This document shows positions 28,701 through 36,956 of a DNA stretch of 64,000 nucleotides, one piece after another (position 1 is the stretch's first letter; each line of letters begins with the position of its first letter). A program made the translations under genes and the position numbers. The notes under the pieces are model-generated. The model was not told the DNA's origin and ran no database searches. It saw nothing but the letters and a program-made list of their open reading frames with translations. The DNA comes from a bacterium (lineage in GTDB: Bacteria > UBP15 > UBA6099 > JAJRTR01). The stretch covers positions 1 through 64,000 of the forward strand of contig JAJRTR010000124.1 in the NCBI GenBank assembly GCA_024278215.1. The letters are read 5' to 3'.

Positions 28701-31700
28701 CTGCCGCCGTAGGTGCCGGCGGTATATGACACAGTGGCAATGCCGGATGAGTTTGTAACGGCTGTGGCGGCAACACTCCCCGCACCGCCTGCCGGTGTGA
28801 CGGAGAAATTCACAGTTTCATTCTCAACGGGGCATCCGCCCGCGTCGTCTGTCCGCACGGAAATGGCTACGGAGCTCACACCGTCGGCACTGACACTGTA
28901 CGGGCCGCCCGTGTCGGTTATCGAAGCGACAACAGCGGCGGTTTCGTGAACAATTATCGTATCGGTTAACGCCGGGTATGCCTGCGGGTAGGCGGTAAGT
29001 GTTGTATCTCCACATGCCGAGCCGGATGTATATAAGGACACAGCAGTTCCGGAGGCATCGGTGTCGGCGGTTGCGGGTGAAACACTGCCGTCGGCGGGAG
29101 TATCCGTCTCGAATGATACAGACATGCCGGAGATGGAATTACCGTAATCGTCGTTCACTACCGCGGAGAGCGGCAGTTGTGTCGCACCGCCGTCGGCATC
29201 AATTGTCGTCTCATCGGCCCCGCCAGTTGTAAATAATATTGTTGAAGGAGCGGCGTGCGCGACATCGACCGGGCTGCCCGCGTATCCCACGATCGTGCCG
29301 TATCGCACTCCAGGTGTGATCGTTTCATCCTTAAATAGTGTAACCTGTATCGTGGCGACTCCATCGACGAATGTCCCGTCCACAGCGGAAGGCGGAGTCG
29401 AGTCGGGTGCGTCCGAAGCGCCGAGCAGTTCGAGTGCGGACGCGCCGGGATCGTAACTGGTGACTACATTACTGTTTGCGTCGAGCGCGGTGACGGTAAT
29501 AGTGAACTGTACACCGGCGACCTGGCTGTAACTGCCAGGTTCCACCCTGAACTGTGTCGCGACCGACGCAATCTGCGTCACTGAAATGGATGTGGACACG
29601 CCGGGCGCGGTATTGCTTACAGCGTTAATGGTGAAAGTTCCGGCATCGCCGCCTGCCGTGTATACAGCGCTCGCGACGCCGTTCGATCCGGTCTGCGCCG
29701 ATGCCGCGACACTTCCCGCCCCGGCTGCCGGCACCACTGTAAAGTTGATTGTTTCACCGACCACCTCGCAGCCGCCCGCGTCTACGGCAACCACTTCCAC
29801 GGGAATGGTCGACGAGTTGTCGGCGGACACTGAATACGACGGCGAACCGGCTGTGAGTGTCGAGGGAACCGCCGCCGTGTGCGTTATCACAAGTTCGTCG
29901 GCAACAGATGTATTTGACTGCGGCCACACGCCCACTTTGCCGGTGCCGCACGAAAGACCTGCTGTGTATTCCGCAGTTGCCGCGCCGATCGAGTCGGTCG
30001 TAACAGTCGAAGGCGACACGCTCCCGCCGCCCTGCGTCACCTGTATTACGAGCGAAGCGCCGGACACTGGGTTTCCGTACTCATCCACGAGGCTGATGTC
30101 CACCTGTGCGGTGGAAGCCCCGTCCGCGGCCATCGTGACGGATTCCGTACCGCCGGATGTTATCGAAATCCCATACGGGCCGGCGTCCGACACGGTGATC
30201 TGCTGTGATGTTCCCGTGATGCCGTCGACCGCCTCCGTAACAGTGACAGCCGCCGTTTCAGCTTTATACATCGCGACCTGCACGACGGCCACCCCGCCCG
30301 CGCCTGCGGTAAACGTGTCGGCGACACTCGTCTGCGATGGGTACAAAGGCTGTGTTCCGTCCGGCGAATCGCTCACGCCTGAGAACGCGAAAGACTTTCC
30401 TGCGGCATCATAAGTTGTAACCGAATAGCCTTCGGAGTCAATGGCGGTAATCGTCAATTCCACATTCTGACCTGCCGATATATCTGTCTGCGATGCAGAC
30501 ACGTCGAATGAAGCCGGTGTCCACGGGTCGAGTTCCACATCGACAGTGAGTACCACCATCGGCGATGTGCGGGGCGCGGCAATAACAGTAGCGGAGCCGT
30601 CAGTAAGACCGGCGGAGAACACTGCCGCAGCCAAGCCCGCGCTGTCTGTTGTCGCAGTGCCAACGACTGTGCCCGGCCCGCTGGACACATTCAGGTCGAC
30701 TACTTCGTTTGCAACGGGACAGTCGCCCGCGTCTTTCACGAGCATTTGAATTGTCGCCGTGTCCCGCCCGTTCGCGGTGAGCCGCGCCGGTGTGTTGTTA
30801 AGTGTCAGAGAGGCGGGTATCGCCGGTGTTTCCGTTATCGAACTCGTTGTACGTATCGTATCATCACGATAGACATAAGCCTCGACCTCGACCTGTCCGC
30901 ACGCCGATCCAGCCACATAATATACGGAGCAGCGGCCTTCTTCATCGGTTTCACAATCTGTTTCTGTAAGCCGCCCGGAACCGTTTTTGAGCACGAAATC
31001 TATGCGTTCGCCATAGGCGTCGTTGCCGCCGGTGTCGATAGCGAGCGCCTCGAACTCGACACGCGACTGCCCGTCCGCCCGCGTTTCGCTCGACGCGGCA
31101 GTCAGCTCGATGCGCGATATGTCATATCTCTTTTTAATTATTGTGAGTGTGCCGCCGACGCCCTGCGAATCCAGCGGTACGGCTTCAATCTCTATGTCGC
31201 CTTCTGGCCATAATATCTCGACAACCGTTTCCGCCGCGCCCGCCGAATCCGTCGTGACGGTTTCCTGCCGCGTTTTTCCATCCTGTTTTGCCGTGATCAC
31301 GACATCCGCACCGGAAACACCGTTACCGAACCTGTCCAGTACGGCAACAGTGACACGCACCTCATCCTGCGCCCCAAGATAGACTTCCTGCTGGAACGCT
31401 GAAAGCTCGACAGACGCGGGCGGCAGGGGCAGAAGCCGGACCGTTGCCGGAGCTGACAGGTTCTTCCCTCCGCATTCGCATATTGCAGTGATGTTCACGA
31501 TTCCTGGTTCCGAATCCGGAGGGAACGACAGGGAGGATGTATATCTCCCGCCTCCCGCGTCGACTGCCGTGCCCGCAACGCCGGTGTCCGCAGTAAACAC
31601 GACATCGAACCCGCTTATCCCCGCGCCTGTTTCGTCCGCGATGGTCGCCGTTAGTGTAATCGTATCGCCGGGGTACACATCCTGCGCGGAAGCAGTGACG

Positions 31701-33298
31701 GATAACGCGGCCGGTACCGATGTCGGCGAGGATTCTTCTCCCGCCGACTGTCCTGTCGCGCCGGATTCAGCAGCGGGCGTATCTTCCGATTTTATGCTTG
31801 TGCCCGGCATCTCCGCCAGGGTTTCCACCTGTTTCCATTTGACGATTGCCCGCACAGGCTCGATATCCGGCCTGTCAGGCACAGAAAACTCGATTCCAAT
31901 CCTGCCGCCGTCCCATTTGTCGGGAGCAGTGTACTCAAACCGGAATCGTGATCCGGCTGCCTGTGGAGGTCCGATTTCGCCGGTGTCCGGTGTCGCAATG
32001 AGTGTGATATCAGTTTCAATAACACCGGTTTCAGTCTCTGCCTCCACCGTGAACATTACTTTTTGTCCGGGCGACACTTCGGCGGGCGCTTCGACAACAG
32101 ACAGTTCGACAGCAGGCGGTATAACTTCAACGAAGGCGGTTTTCGATTCGATAATCTCTCCGCGTCCCGGCCCGGAAGGCACTGAAGCCGAGAACCCGAT
32201 ACTTCCGTCCGGCGCGTCTGTCGGCAGAACATATTTCAATGAATAAGTTCCATCGTCACGTTCTTTCGCGCGGCCCGCGAACTCGCCGTCCGCAAATATA
32301 TCGACAGCCGCCCCATGATAGGGATTTCCCAGCGTGTCCTGTGTCCTCACCGTGATTGCAATAATACCGCCCGGCACGGCGGTTGTTTTGTCCGCCGAGA
32401 TGTCCAGCGCGGCGAGCGGCGGTGGTTGCAAGATAATCTCAGCGCGCCTGGAACGGTCTTGAATGTAAGCGACAATTTCTGCCCGCGAAGCGCTGAAGAT
32501 GGGCGATGCAGTGAACCGGGCACGGTATAAGCCGGTGGCAATTTCTGTGATCTTCGAGCATTCACCGGTGGAACATTCGAGGCGCAGGTCCGGTGCAGAT
32601 TTCGGCGCGCCGTTCTCTCCCACGACAAACACGTTCACAAACGATCCGGTTTCACCCGGTTCGAGTTCGTCGGGGAATGCCTGGACCATGAACCACAGGT
32701 TTTCACCGGCAGGGATATCAATGGGATTCGTAATCTTCGCCCTGCCTTTTTTCACCACCAGGCCGATGCGGTGAATATCAGGCGTGACGGGTATTTCAAG
32801 GTCGTATACCCCATCGTCGCCGACCCTCAGCCTTTTGCCGATCAGTTCACCGTCCGAAGTGCCGAAAAGCACCGCGCCGGGTGTTGTCCTGCCGTTGAGC
32901 TTCAGGTTCGAATACACAGTAACCACACCTGTTGCAGTGACCGGCATATTATTGTCCAGAGCGGAAGCCATAAGCAGGATATGGCCCGGCAGAGGCGGTT
33001 GCTGGGCGGGGACATCGAGCAAGGCGGTAAAGTCAGTCGCGGACACCTGTTTCAGTAGAGACAGCCTGCCCCTGTCGGCGGATAATGTCGGAACAGATGC
33101 CTCGCCCTCTGTCCCGAAAGGAAGTTTTACGGTTATCTTGACCTGCTGGTCCCTGCCCGCTTCAATAAGTTGCGGATCGTATTCTATCTCGATAGCCGAA
33201 GCAGCAAGAACCATAGAAAACAGCAGCAGCAGAACACATGCAATTTGAATACAAAATCTTTTATGTGCAAATAATATTCTCAAGAAAATAAAGTGCAT
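25781..33298 (-). CDS. Giant (~2500 aa) invasin/Big_1-type Ig-repeat surface protein with PKD, SbsA-like Ig and C-terminal FlgD-Ig domains
   Basis: Signal peptide ending ASA; repeated ADG...V.D..GN.V.G..V.F...TD..G.A...YT motifs; PKD WNFGNG; terminal WDGRDEDG..V....Y. Start uncertain (33298 or 33334); the ORF-track extension runs through a MITE remnant. Confidence 0.85.
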   Translation of the reverse strand: MHFIFLRILFAHKRFCIQIACVLLLLFSMVLAASAIEIEYDPQLIEAGRDQQVKITVKLPFGTEGEASVPTLSADRGRLSLLKQVSATDFTALLDVPAQQPPLPGHILLMASALDNNMPVTATGVVTVYSNLKLNGRTTPGAVLFGTSDGELIGKRLRVGDDGVYDLEIPVTPDIHRIGLVVKKGRAKITNPIDIPAGENLWFMVQAFPDELEPGETGSFVNVFVVGENGAPKSAPDLRLECSTGECSKITEIATGLYRARFTASPIFSASRAEIVAYIQDRSRRAEIILQPPPLAALDISADKTTAVPGGIIAITVRTQDTLGNPYHGAAVDIFADGEFAGRAKERDDGTYSLKYVLPTDAPDGSIGFSASVPSGPGRGEIIESKTAFVEVIPPAVELSVVEAPAEVSPGQKVMFTVEAETETGVIETDITLIATPDTGEIGPPQAAGSRFRFEYTAPDKWDGGRIGIEFSVPDRPDIEPVRAIVKWKQVETLAEMPGTSIKSEDTPAAESGATGQSAGEESSPTSVPAALSVTASAQDVYPGDTITLTATIADETGAGISGFDVVFTADTGVAGTAVDAGGGRYTSSLSFPPDSEPGIVNITAICECGGKNLSAPATVRLLPLPPASVELSAFQQEVYLGAQDEVRVTVAVLDRFGNGVSGADVVITAKQDGKTRQETVTTDSAGAAETVVEILWPEGDIEIEAVPLDSQGVGGTLTIIKKRYDISRIELTAASSETRADGQSRVEFEALAIDTGGNDAYGERIDFVLKNGSGRLTETDCETDEEGRCSVYYVAGSACGQVEVEAYVYRDDTIRTTSSITETPAIPASLTLNNTPARLTANGRDTATIQMLVKDAGDCPVANEVVDLNVSSGPGTVVGTATTDSAGLAAAVFSAGLTDGSATVIAAPRTSPMVVLTVDVELDPWTPASFDVSASQTDISAGQNVELTITAIDSEGYSVTTYDAAGKSFAFSGVSDSPDGTQPLYPSQTSVADTFTAGAGGVAVVQVAMYKAETAAVTVTEAVDGITGTSQQITVSDAGPYGISITSGGTESVTMAADGASTAQVDISLVDEYGNPVSGASLVIQVTQGGGSVSPSTVTTDSIGAATAEYTAGLSCGTGKVGVWPQSNTSVADELVITHTAAVPSTLTAGSPSYSVSADNSSTIPVEVVAVDAGGCEVVGETINFTVVPAAGAGSVAASAQTGSNGVASAVYTAGGDAGTFTINAVSNTAPGVSTSISVTQIASVATQFRVEPGSYSQVAGVQFTITVTALDANSNVVTSYDPGASALELLGASDAPDSTPPSAVDGTFVDGVATIQVTLFKDETITPGVRYGTIVGYAGSPVDVAHAAPSTILFTTGGADETTIDADGGATQLPLSAVVNDDYGNSISGMSVSFETDTPADGSVSPATADTDASGTAVSLYTSGSACGDTTLTAYPQAYPALTDTIIVHETAAVVASITDTGGPYSVSADGVSSVAISVRTDDAGGCPVENETVNFSVTPAGGAGSVAATAVTNSSGIATVSYTAGTYGGSFNVVAESDSVPSVNTNITIQQTASVATGFNVVPDSYSQTAGSVFTVTITAIDGGGATVAGYDPGASALELLGASDAPDSTSPSAVGGAFTNGVSTADVTLYKVESVAIGVRYGTIEGYTTSNISVEAGSPAAVSITSLSLDEITIDADGATTAPVSVETVDDYGNNAQAGIEITFDLAPPGDGGVSPATADTDASGVAATTYTAGTACGDSTVTAYPTAFPAVSDSLLIHETAALPATINQTGGALSVDADGSSTVNVQVRILDAGDCSIAGETVDFSVQTAAGAGTVDASDVSDGSGNATAQYTAGTGAGNYTVTAVSNSVPTVSKDITITQNALTATYFTVVPTTGYAQTAGVVFDVVVTAKNNLGNTVADYDPGATTVSFSGANAAPDTTAPSIVDNSFVSGVATDQVTLYEANSSVDLTIGYGTLEGTSNSINVSAGAAAAISKVEGDGQTAAVSTEVATVPTVRVVDDYGNPVSGVSVTFTATAGGGSVTDGVQTTGANGQVAPGAWELGATPGTNTLHADAGGSLTVDFTATAVAVQNITAVITLESGSTDICPGGSVDFTAASSYPNSGYNLTHWFWNFGNGHEINTVDPSPETFNVANTYNITLIVYDDSIDSDTAATTVRVSNNYRETILQASPDKLDADGADFATIRSQEILDCTGSAIPDGTSYTLSTTLGTIVDGPIVLSSDGVIQFQLQSGTTPGTAEVTAVSTTGLLSEDTVYVDIGVDTEMPFVTEFSPAGKVSSNFSEIEIVFSEDVDLAPSPNSSFFSVTDGGVPVAGTWTYDDSSYTAAFEPDTSPYSVSATTITVTASQSIADKASPANYLDGEYSGSAADFTFQFGGAITDTTKPTVDCTSPGYGPDISPFNPSEESTTITFEIADDTALSSWKMEIKKDDTLYRSYAGASDPASPQTISQAWDGRDEDGNVVEDDNYHFRIYAVDSSYNYSNQCQGTVQVQNEIEFGTPFP

Positions 33299-33402
33299 TC
33301 CCAATTTTTTGAAGGTCTTAGATAATGATACCATATTGGAGACAAAATAATGAGTTTTTTGACACTTTATATATCTGAAATGAAGTCGCGTGAAAGAGCC
33401 CC

Positions 33403-33519
33403 GGCAAGCGAGTGGTGAGGGAGCGTACTGCTGGTACGTGTCCCATCCCGAGTTGCCGACGCGACGCGGTAGAGTGGTTGTTATCGAGATTTCCCGGATT
33501 TCCCGCAAAGGAAACCGGG
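33403..33519 (+). mobile_element. MITE family B, diverged right-hand part
   Basis: Colinear with 11625-11741 (GGCAAGyGAGTrGTGmGGGAGCrTACTGCwGGTAyGTG...). Confidence 0.7.
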
Positions 33520-33531
33520 GAGCGCGAATGG

Positions 33532-35112
33532 TTAGTGCCTGAAGTGCCTGATGCCGCTCATGCAGAGAGAAATGTTATGTTCATCGCAGGCGGCGATGAT
33601 CTCCTCGTCGCGCCTTGCGCCGCCGGGTTCGATAATTGAAGAAATGCCGTGTTTGGCAGCTTCGTCGATAACATTCCTGAACGGCAGGTAAGCATCTGAA
33701 GCGAGTGCAGCGTCCACCGCTTCATCACCGGCATTTTCGAGCGCGATCTTAAGCGAGTCGAGTCTTTTCATCTGGCCCGCGCCGACGCCCAGTGTGCGCG
33801 AATCCTTGCAGATCACAATAGCATTCGACCTCACATGCTTGCAGACTTTCCAGGCCATCACGAGGTCCGCAAGCTGCTTCCTTGTCGGTTTGCGTTTTGT
33901 CGACACTTTGATCTGGCCTGAATCCGCCACCAGGATATTATCAGTGTCCTGCACTACGATACCGCCCATTACGCTCCTGATGTCCAGCGCGCCGGGCTGC
34001 TTTACCCATTTTTCCTTATTGATCTTCAGAACCCTCATCAGGGCAGCCTTACTCTCGTTCTTCAGGAAATTCAAGGCGCCGTCGGTGAAGCGAGGCGCCG
34101 CGAGCACTTCGATGTGCGGGTTGAGAAGCTCACGCGCGGTTTTTTTATCAAGTTGCGTATTAACAACGACCGTCGCCCCGAACGCGGCGACCTTATCCGT
34201 GTCGCGTGCCCGGCAGTATGCTTTAAGTATTTCCTTGTCGAGCGCCACACCCGTTGGATTCCCATGCTTGACGATAACTGCGCCCTCTTTCTCGAACTCG
34301 AGGGCAATCGACAGCGCGGAATTGAGATCGCACAGGTTATTGTATGACAGATGCGGCCCCTTCAGGAGCTCGAGGTCGCAGAGAGAAACGCCCATGGGCC
34401 GCACATCCCTGTAAAATGTTGCCCGCTGGTGAGGGTTTTCGCCATATCGCAGGTCCATGTGTTTTATGTACTTCAGGAAAATGACAGGTGTCGCGAATTT
34501 CTCTTGTTTATCTGCGTCTTCGCGGGCGATGTTGTTGTACTTATTTATATTGTAGTCGGACAGCCTCTCGAAAGCCCTGGCAGCATAGCCCCTGAGTTCC
34601 CCGGCAGGGATATCGCCACCGGTTGCCACGAAAAGTTTCCTAAAGTCTTCATATTGATCGGCGGAAGTTATGACGGCAACGCGGTCTTTATTGCCGGCGG
34701 CGGCTTCTATGAGGCAATCGATACCGATGCCCCTGTCTTCATCCATATTTTTAGTATCTTTTGTTTTTCCGCTGGTTTCTATTTTGTCTTTCGGCACCAG
34801 GTGATCCGAAATCAGCAAGTCGATCGGTTTACCGCCCGCATTAGTGAGCGCTTCCATTTCCTGATCGTTTTCCGGATCGACCGTTAATGCGAAATATACG
34901 GTTCTGGACATCATTTTCAGCCTGTTTCCGAATGCGTCCTGGGGACCGGTCATCTCGACGATGTCTTTGACTGCGGCACCCGCTTTGTCCAGCACCTTAC
35001 ACGTACCTGTCGTAGCGTATAACTCGACATCATGCTTTGATAGAAATACCGCAAGGTCCGCCACCCCCTGTTTATCTCTCACTGTTATCAGAGCAGTCTT
35101 GATCTTCGCCAT
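33532..35112 (-). CDS. purH: PurH-family protein: intact AICAR transformylase, degenerate IMP cyclohydrolase domain
   Basis: LRYGENPHQ, LSYNN, VKHGNP, SNAI, GAGQM.R, ASDA, RHFRH terminus; N-terminal MGS-like domain diverged. Confidence 0.9.
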   Translation of the reverse strand: MAKIKTALITVRDKQGVADLAVFLSKHDVELYATTGTCKVLDKAGAAVKDIVEMTGPQDAFGNRLKMMSRTVYFALTVDPENDQEMEALTNAGGKPIDLLISDHLVPKDKIETSGKTKDTKNMDEDRGIGIDCLIEAAAGNKDRVAVITSADQYEDFRKLFVATGGDIPAGELRGYAARAFERLSDYNINKYNNIAREDADKQEKFATPVIFLKYIKHMDLRYGENPHQRATFYRDVRPMGVSLCDLELLKGPHLSYNNLCDLNSALSIALEFEKEGAVIVKHGNPTGVALDKEILKAYCRARDTDKVAAFGATVVVNTQLDKKTARELLNPHIEVLAAPRFTDGALNFLKNESKAALMRVLKINKEKWVKQPGALDIRSVMGGIVVQDTDNILVADSGQIKVSTKRKPTRKQLADLVMAWKVCKHVRSNAIVICKDSRTLGVGAGQMKRLDSLKIALENAGDEAVDAALASDAYLPFRNVIDEAAKHGISSIIEPGGARRDEEIIAACDEHNISLCMSGIRHFRH

Positions 35113-35168
35113 TTGAAACTCCCGGTCTGCCGCGTTCCTGTGATGTGCGGCTTGATTATTTTCTTTAG

Positions 35169-35191
35169 CCCGCATTTGTGAAATATGCGGG
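35169..35191. repeat. Stand-alone terminal hairpin of MITE family B
   Basis: CCCGCATTTGTGAAATATGCGGG flanked by TTAG on both sides. Confidence 0.7.
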
Positions 35192-35194
35192 TTA

Positions 35195-35246
35195 GAGCCG
35201 ATTTCAAAATTCTGATCGCGCTGCAAACATAATTTGCAACTGGCCC
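35195..35246 (+). mobile_element. Internally deleted MITE family A remnant (52 bp)
   Basis: Both ends retained (GAGCCGATTTCAAAATTCTGAT...AACATAATTTGCAACTGGCCC), middle missing. Confidence 0.65.
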
Positions 35247-35247
35247 T

Positions 35248-35856
35248 CTATACTGAGAATTCGCGTATTCTCGCGATTCGTTCATCCGTCATATAAAAGT
35301 GGAAATGGCCGCCGTTCAGAAGCTTGTTTTCCCACATCATCGTCAGTGGAAGCCCGAGTATGATACATCGCGCTACACCTGAAATCACCTGGTGAGTGAC
35401 AAGCAGCACATTGCCGTCCGTGCGTGCCGCCGTCAGTTCGGTCAGTCCGTTCTTCACTCGCAACGCCACCTCCGCGAGCGATTCGCCGTCCGGAAATCTT
35501 ACCGTATGCGGCTCATATCGCCACCTGTCCATCAGGCCCGGGTAGCTCTCTTCGATCTCGGTCGTATTCATACCCTCGACTTTTCCATGATTCAGTTCGG
35601 CTATCCATTCGAGTGTTTTCACATCGAGACCGCTGCCGGAGGTCACTATTTCGGCGCTCTGTTTCGCCCTGATCAGAGGACTCGAAAACACTGTCGAGTA
35701 CTGCACAGTTTTAAAGAATTTTCCGGCACGCGCCATCTGCTCGCGGCCTTCGTCGTCGAGCGGGATGTCGATGCTGCCCTGGCATCTCAACTGGGCGTTC
35801 ATCTCTGTTTCCCCGTGCCTTATAAAAAATATCTGCCTGACGGATTTAAGCGACAT
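35248..35856 (-). CDS. Histidine phosphatase (phosphoglycerate mutase) family protein
   Basis: RHGET, SSPL.RA.QSA, E...G..EG, GES, VTH motifs. Confidence 0.9.
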   Translation of the reverse strand: MSLKSVRQIFFIRHGETEMNAQLRCQGSIDIPLDDEGREQMARAGKFFKTVQYSTVFSSPLIRAKQSAEIVTSGSGLDVKTLEWIAELNHGKVEGMNTTEIEESYPGLMDRWRYEPHTVRFPDGESLAEVALRVKNGLTELTAARTDGNVLLVTHQVISGVARCIILGLPLTMMWENKLLNGGHFHFYMTDERIARIREFSV

Positions 35857-36871
35857 TCACACTCCCGATAACTTTTCCGGATATACCTTCCCCGGCCAGA
35901 ACTTTCATTACTTCATTCACATCTTTTTCGCTCGCAGTCACGACCATACCGATCCCGCAGTTAAAAACCTTTCTCATTTCCTGTTCCTCGATGCCACCAG
36001 CTTCAGCGATATAATCGAAAACCGGTTGCCTTGTCCACGCGCTCCAGTCGATTGAAATATCGAGCCCGCCGGGAATAATCCTCTTCGTGTTCGCCTCGAG
36101 CCCGCCCCCGGTTATGTTCGCTATCCCATTTACGATACCTCCGGCGGCGAGTGCGTTTATCGGTTTCGCGTAAATCTGTGTGGGTGTTAGCAGTGCTTCG
36201 CCGATTGTGGCTCCGCCGAGCCCTTCCACCACATCGCGCACATCGTGCCCTTTCACCTCGAAGATTACTTTCCGTACAAGTGAGAACCCGTTGCTGTGAA
36301 TGCCCGAGGACGGGATACCTATTATCGCGTCACCGGCTTTTATCGCCGAACCGTCGATGATCTTCGACCTGTCGATGATACCGACGCAGAAACCGGCGAT
36401 GTCATATTCGCCGTCACCGTAGAAGCCGGGCATCTCCGCCATCTCGCCGCCGATCAGCGAGCAGCCGGCCTGCCTGCACCCCTCGGCAACACCGGAGACA
36501 ATGTCTTTAGCCGTCTCCGGATCGAGGCGGCCTGTCGCGAGATAGTCGAGAAAAAACAGCGGCTTCGCACCCGTGCATATAACATCGTTAACACACATCG
36601 CCACCGCGTCGATCCCCACCGTATCGTGCCTACCGGTCATAAATGCTACCTTCAGTTTCGTGCCCACGCCGTCCGTGCCGGACACAAGCACAGGGTCCGG
36701 CCCGACTTCATCTTTTATCGAGAAAAGACCGCCGAAACCTCCGATGTCCGTTATCACATTATCAGTAAACGTAGACTGTGTTATCCTGCGTATCATATCC
36801 ACAGCCCTGTCGCCGGCTTCGATGTTCACTCCGGCGTCCCTGTATGTCATCGGTCTTTTATCTGGTGCCAT
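35846..36871 (-). CDS. purM: Phosphoribosylformylglycinamidine cyclo-ligase (AIR synthetase)
   Basis: YRDAGV, GGFGG, TDGVGTK, VAMCVND, FFLDY, GGEMAEMPG, SSGIHSNG, FNCGIGM. Confidence 0.97.
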   Translation of the reverse strand: MAPDKRPMTYRDAGVNIEAGDRAVDMIRRITQSTFTDNVITDIGGFGGLFSIKDEVGPDPVLVSGTDGVGTKLKVAFMTGRHDTVGIDAVAMCVNDVICTGAKPLFFLDYLATGRLDPETAKDIVSGVAEGCRQAGCSLIGGEMAEMPGFYGDGEYDIAGFCVGIIDRSKIIDGSAIKAGDAIIGIPSSGIHSNGFSLVRKVIFEVKGHDVRDVVEGLGGATIGEALLTPTQIYAKPINALAAGGIVNGIANITGGGLEANTKRIIPGGLDISIDWSAWTRQPVFDYIAEAGGIEEQEMRKVFNCGIGMVVTASEKDVNEVMKVLAGEGISGKVIGSVNVA

Positions 36872-36956
36872 ATCGTTTTATTAACCTGAGTCCTGTGGAA
36901 ATCATCTGAAAGCTTCTGCAACATCATTATTGACAACTTCTTATCGTTTCCACCGT

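Noticed and set aside
33299-33508. N-terminal extension of the giant ORF (likewise purH 35113-35226)
   Set aside because: Extensions run through MITE remnants and precede the signal peptide or conserved start.
33490-33526. GGAAACCGGGGAGCG resembling part of a ZTP riboswitch near purH
   Set aside because: Wrong strand and downstream of purH; explained as the right end of MITE family B.
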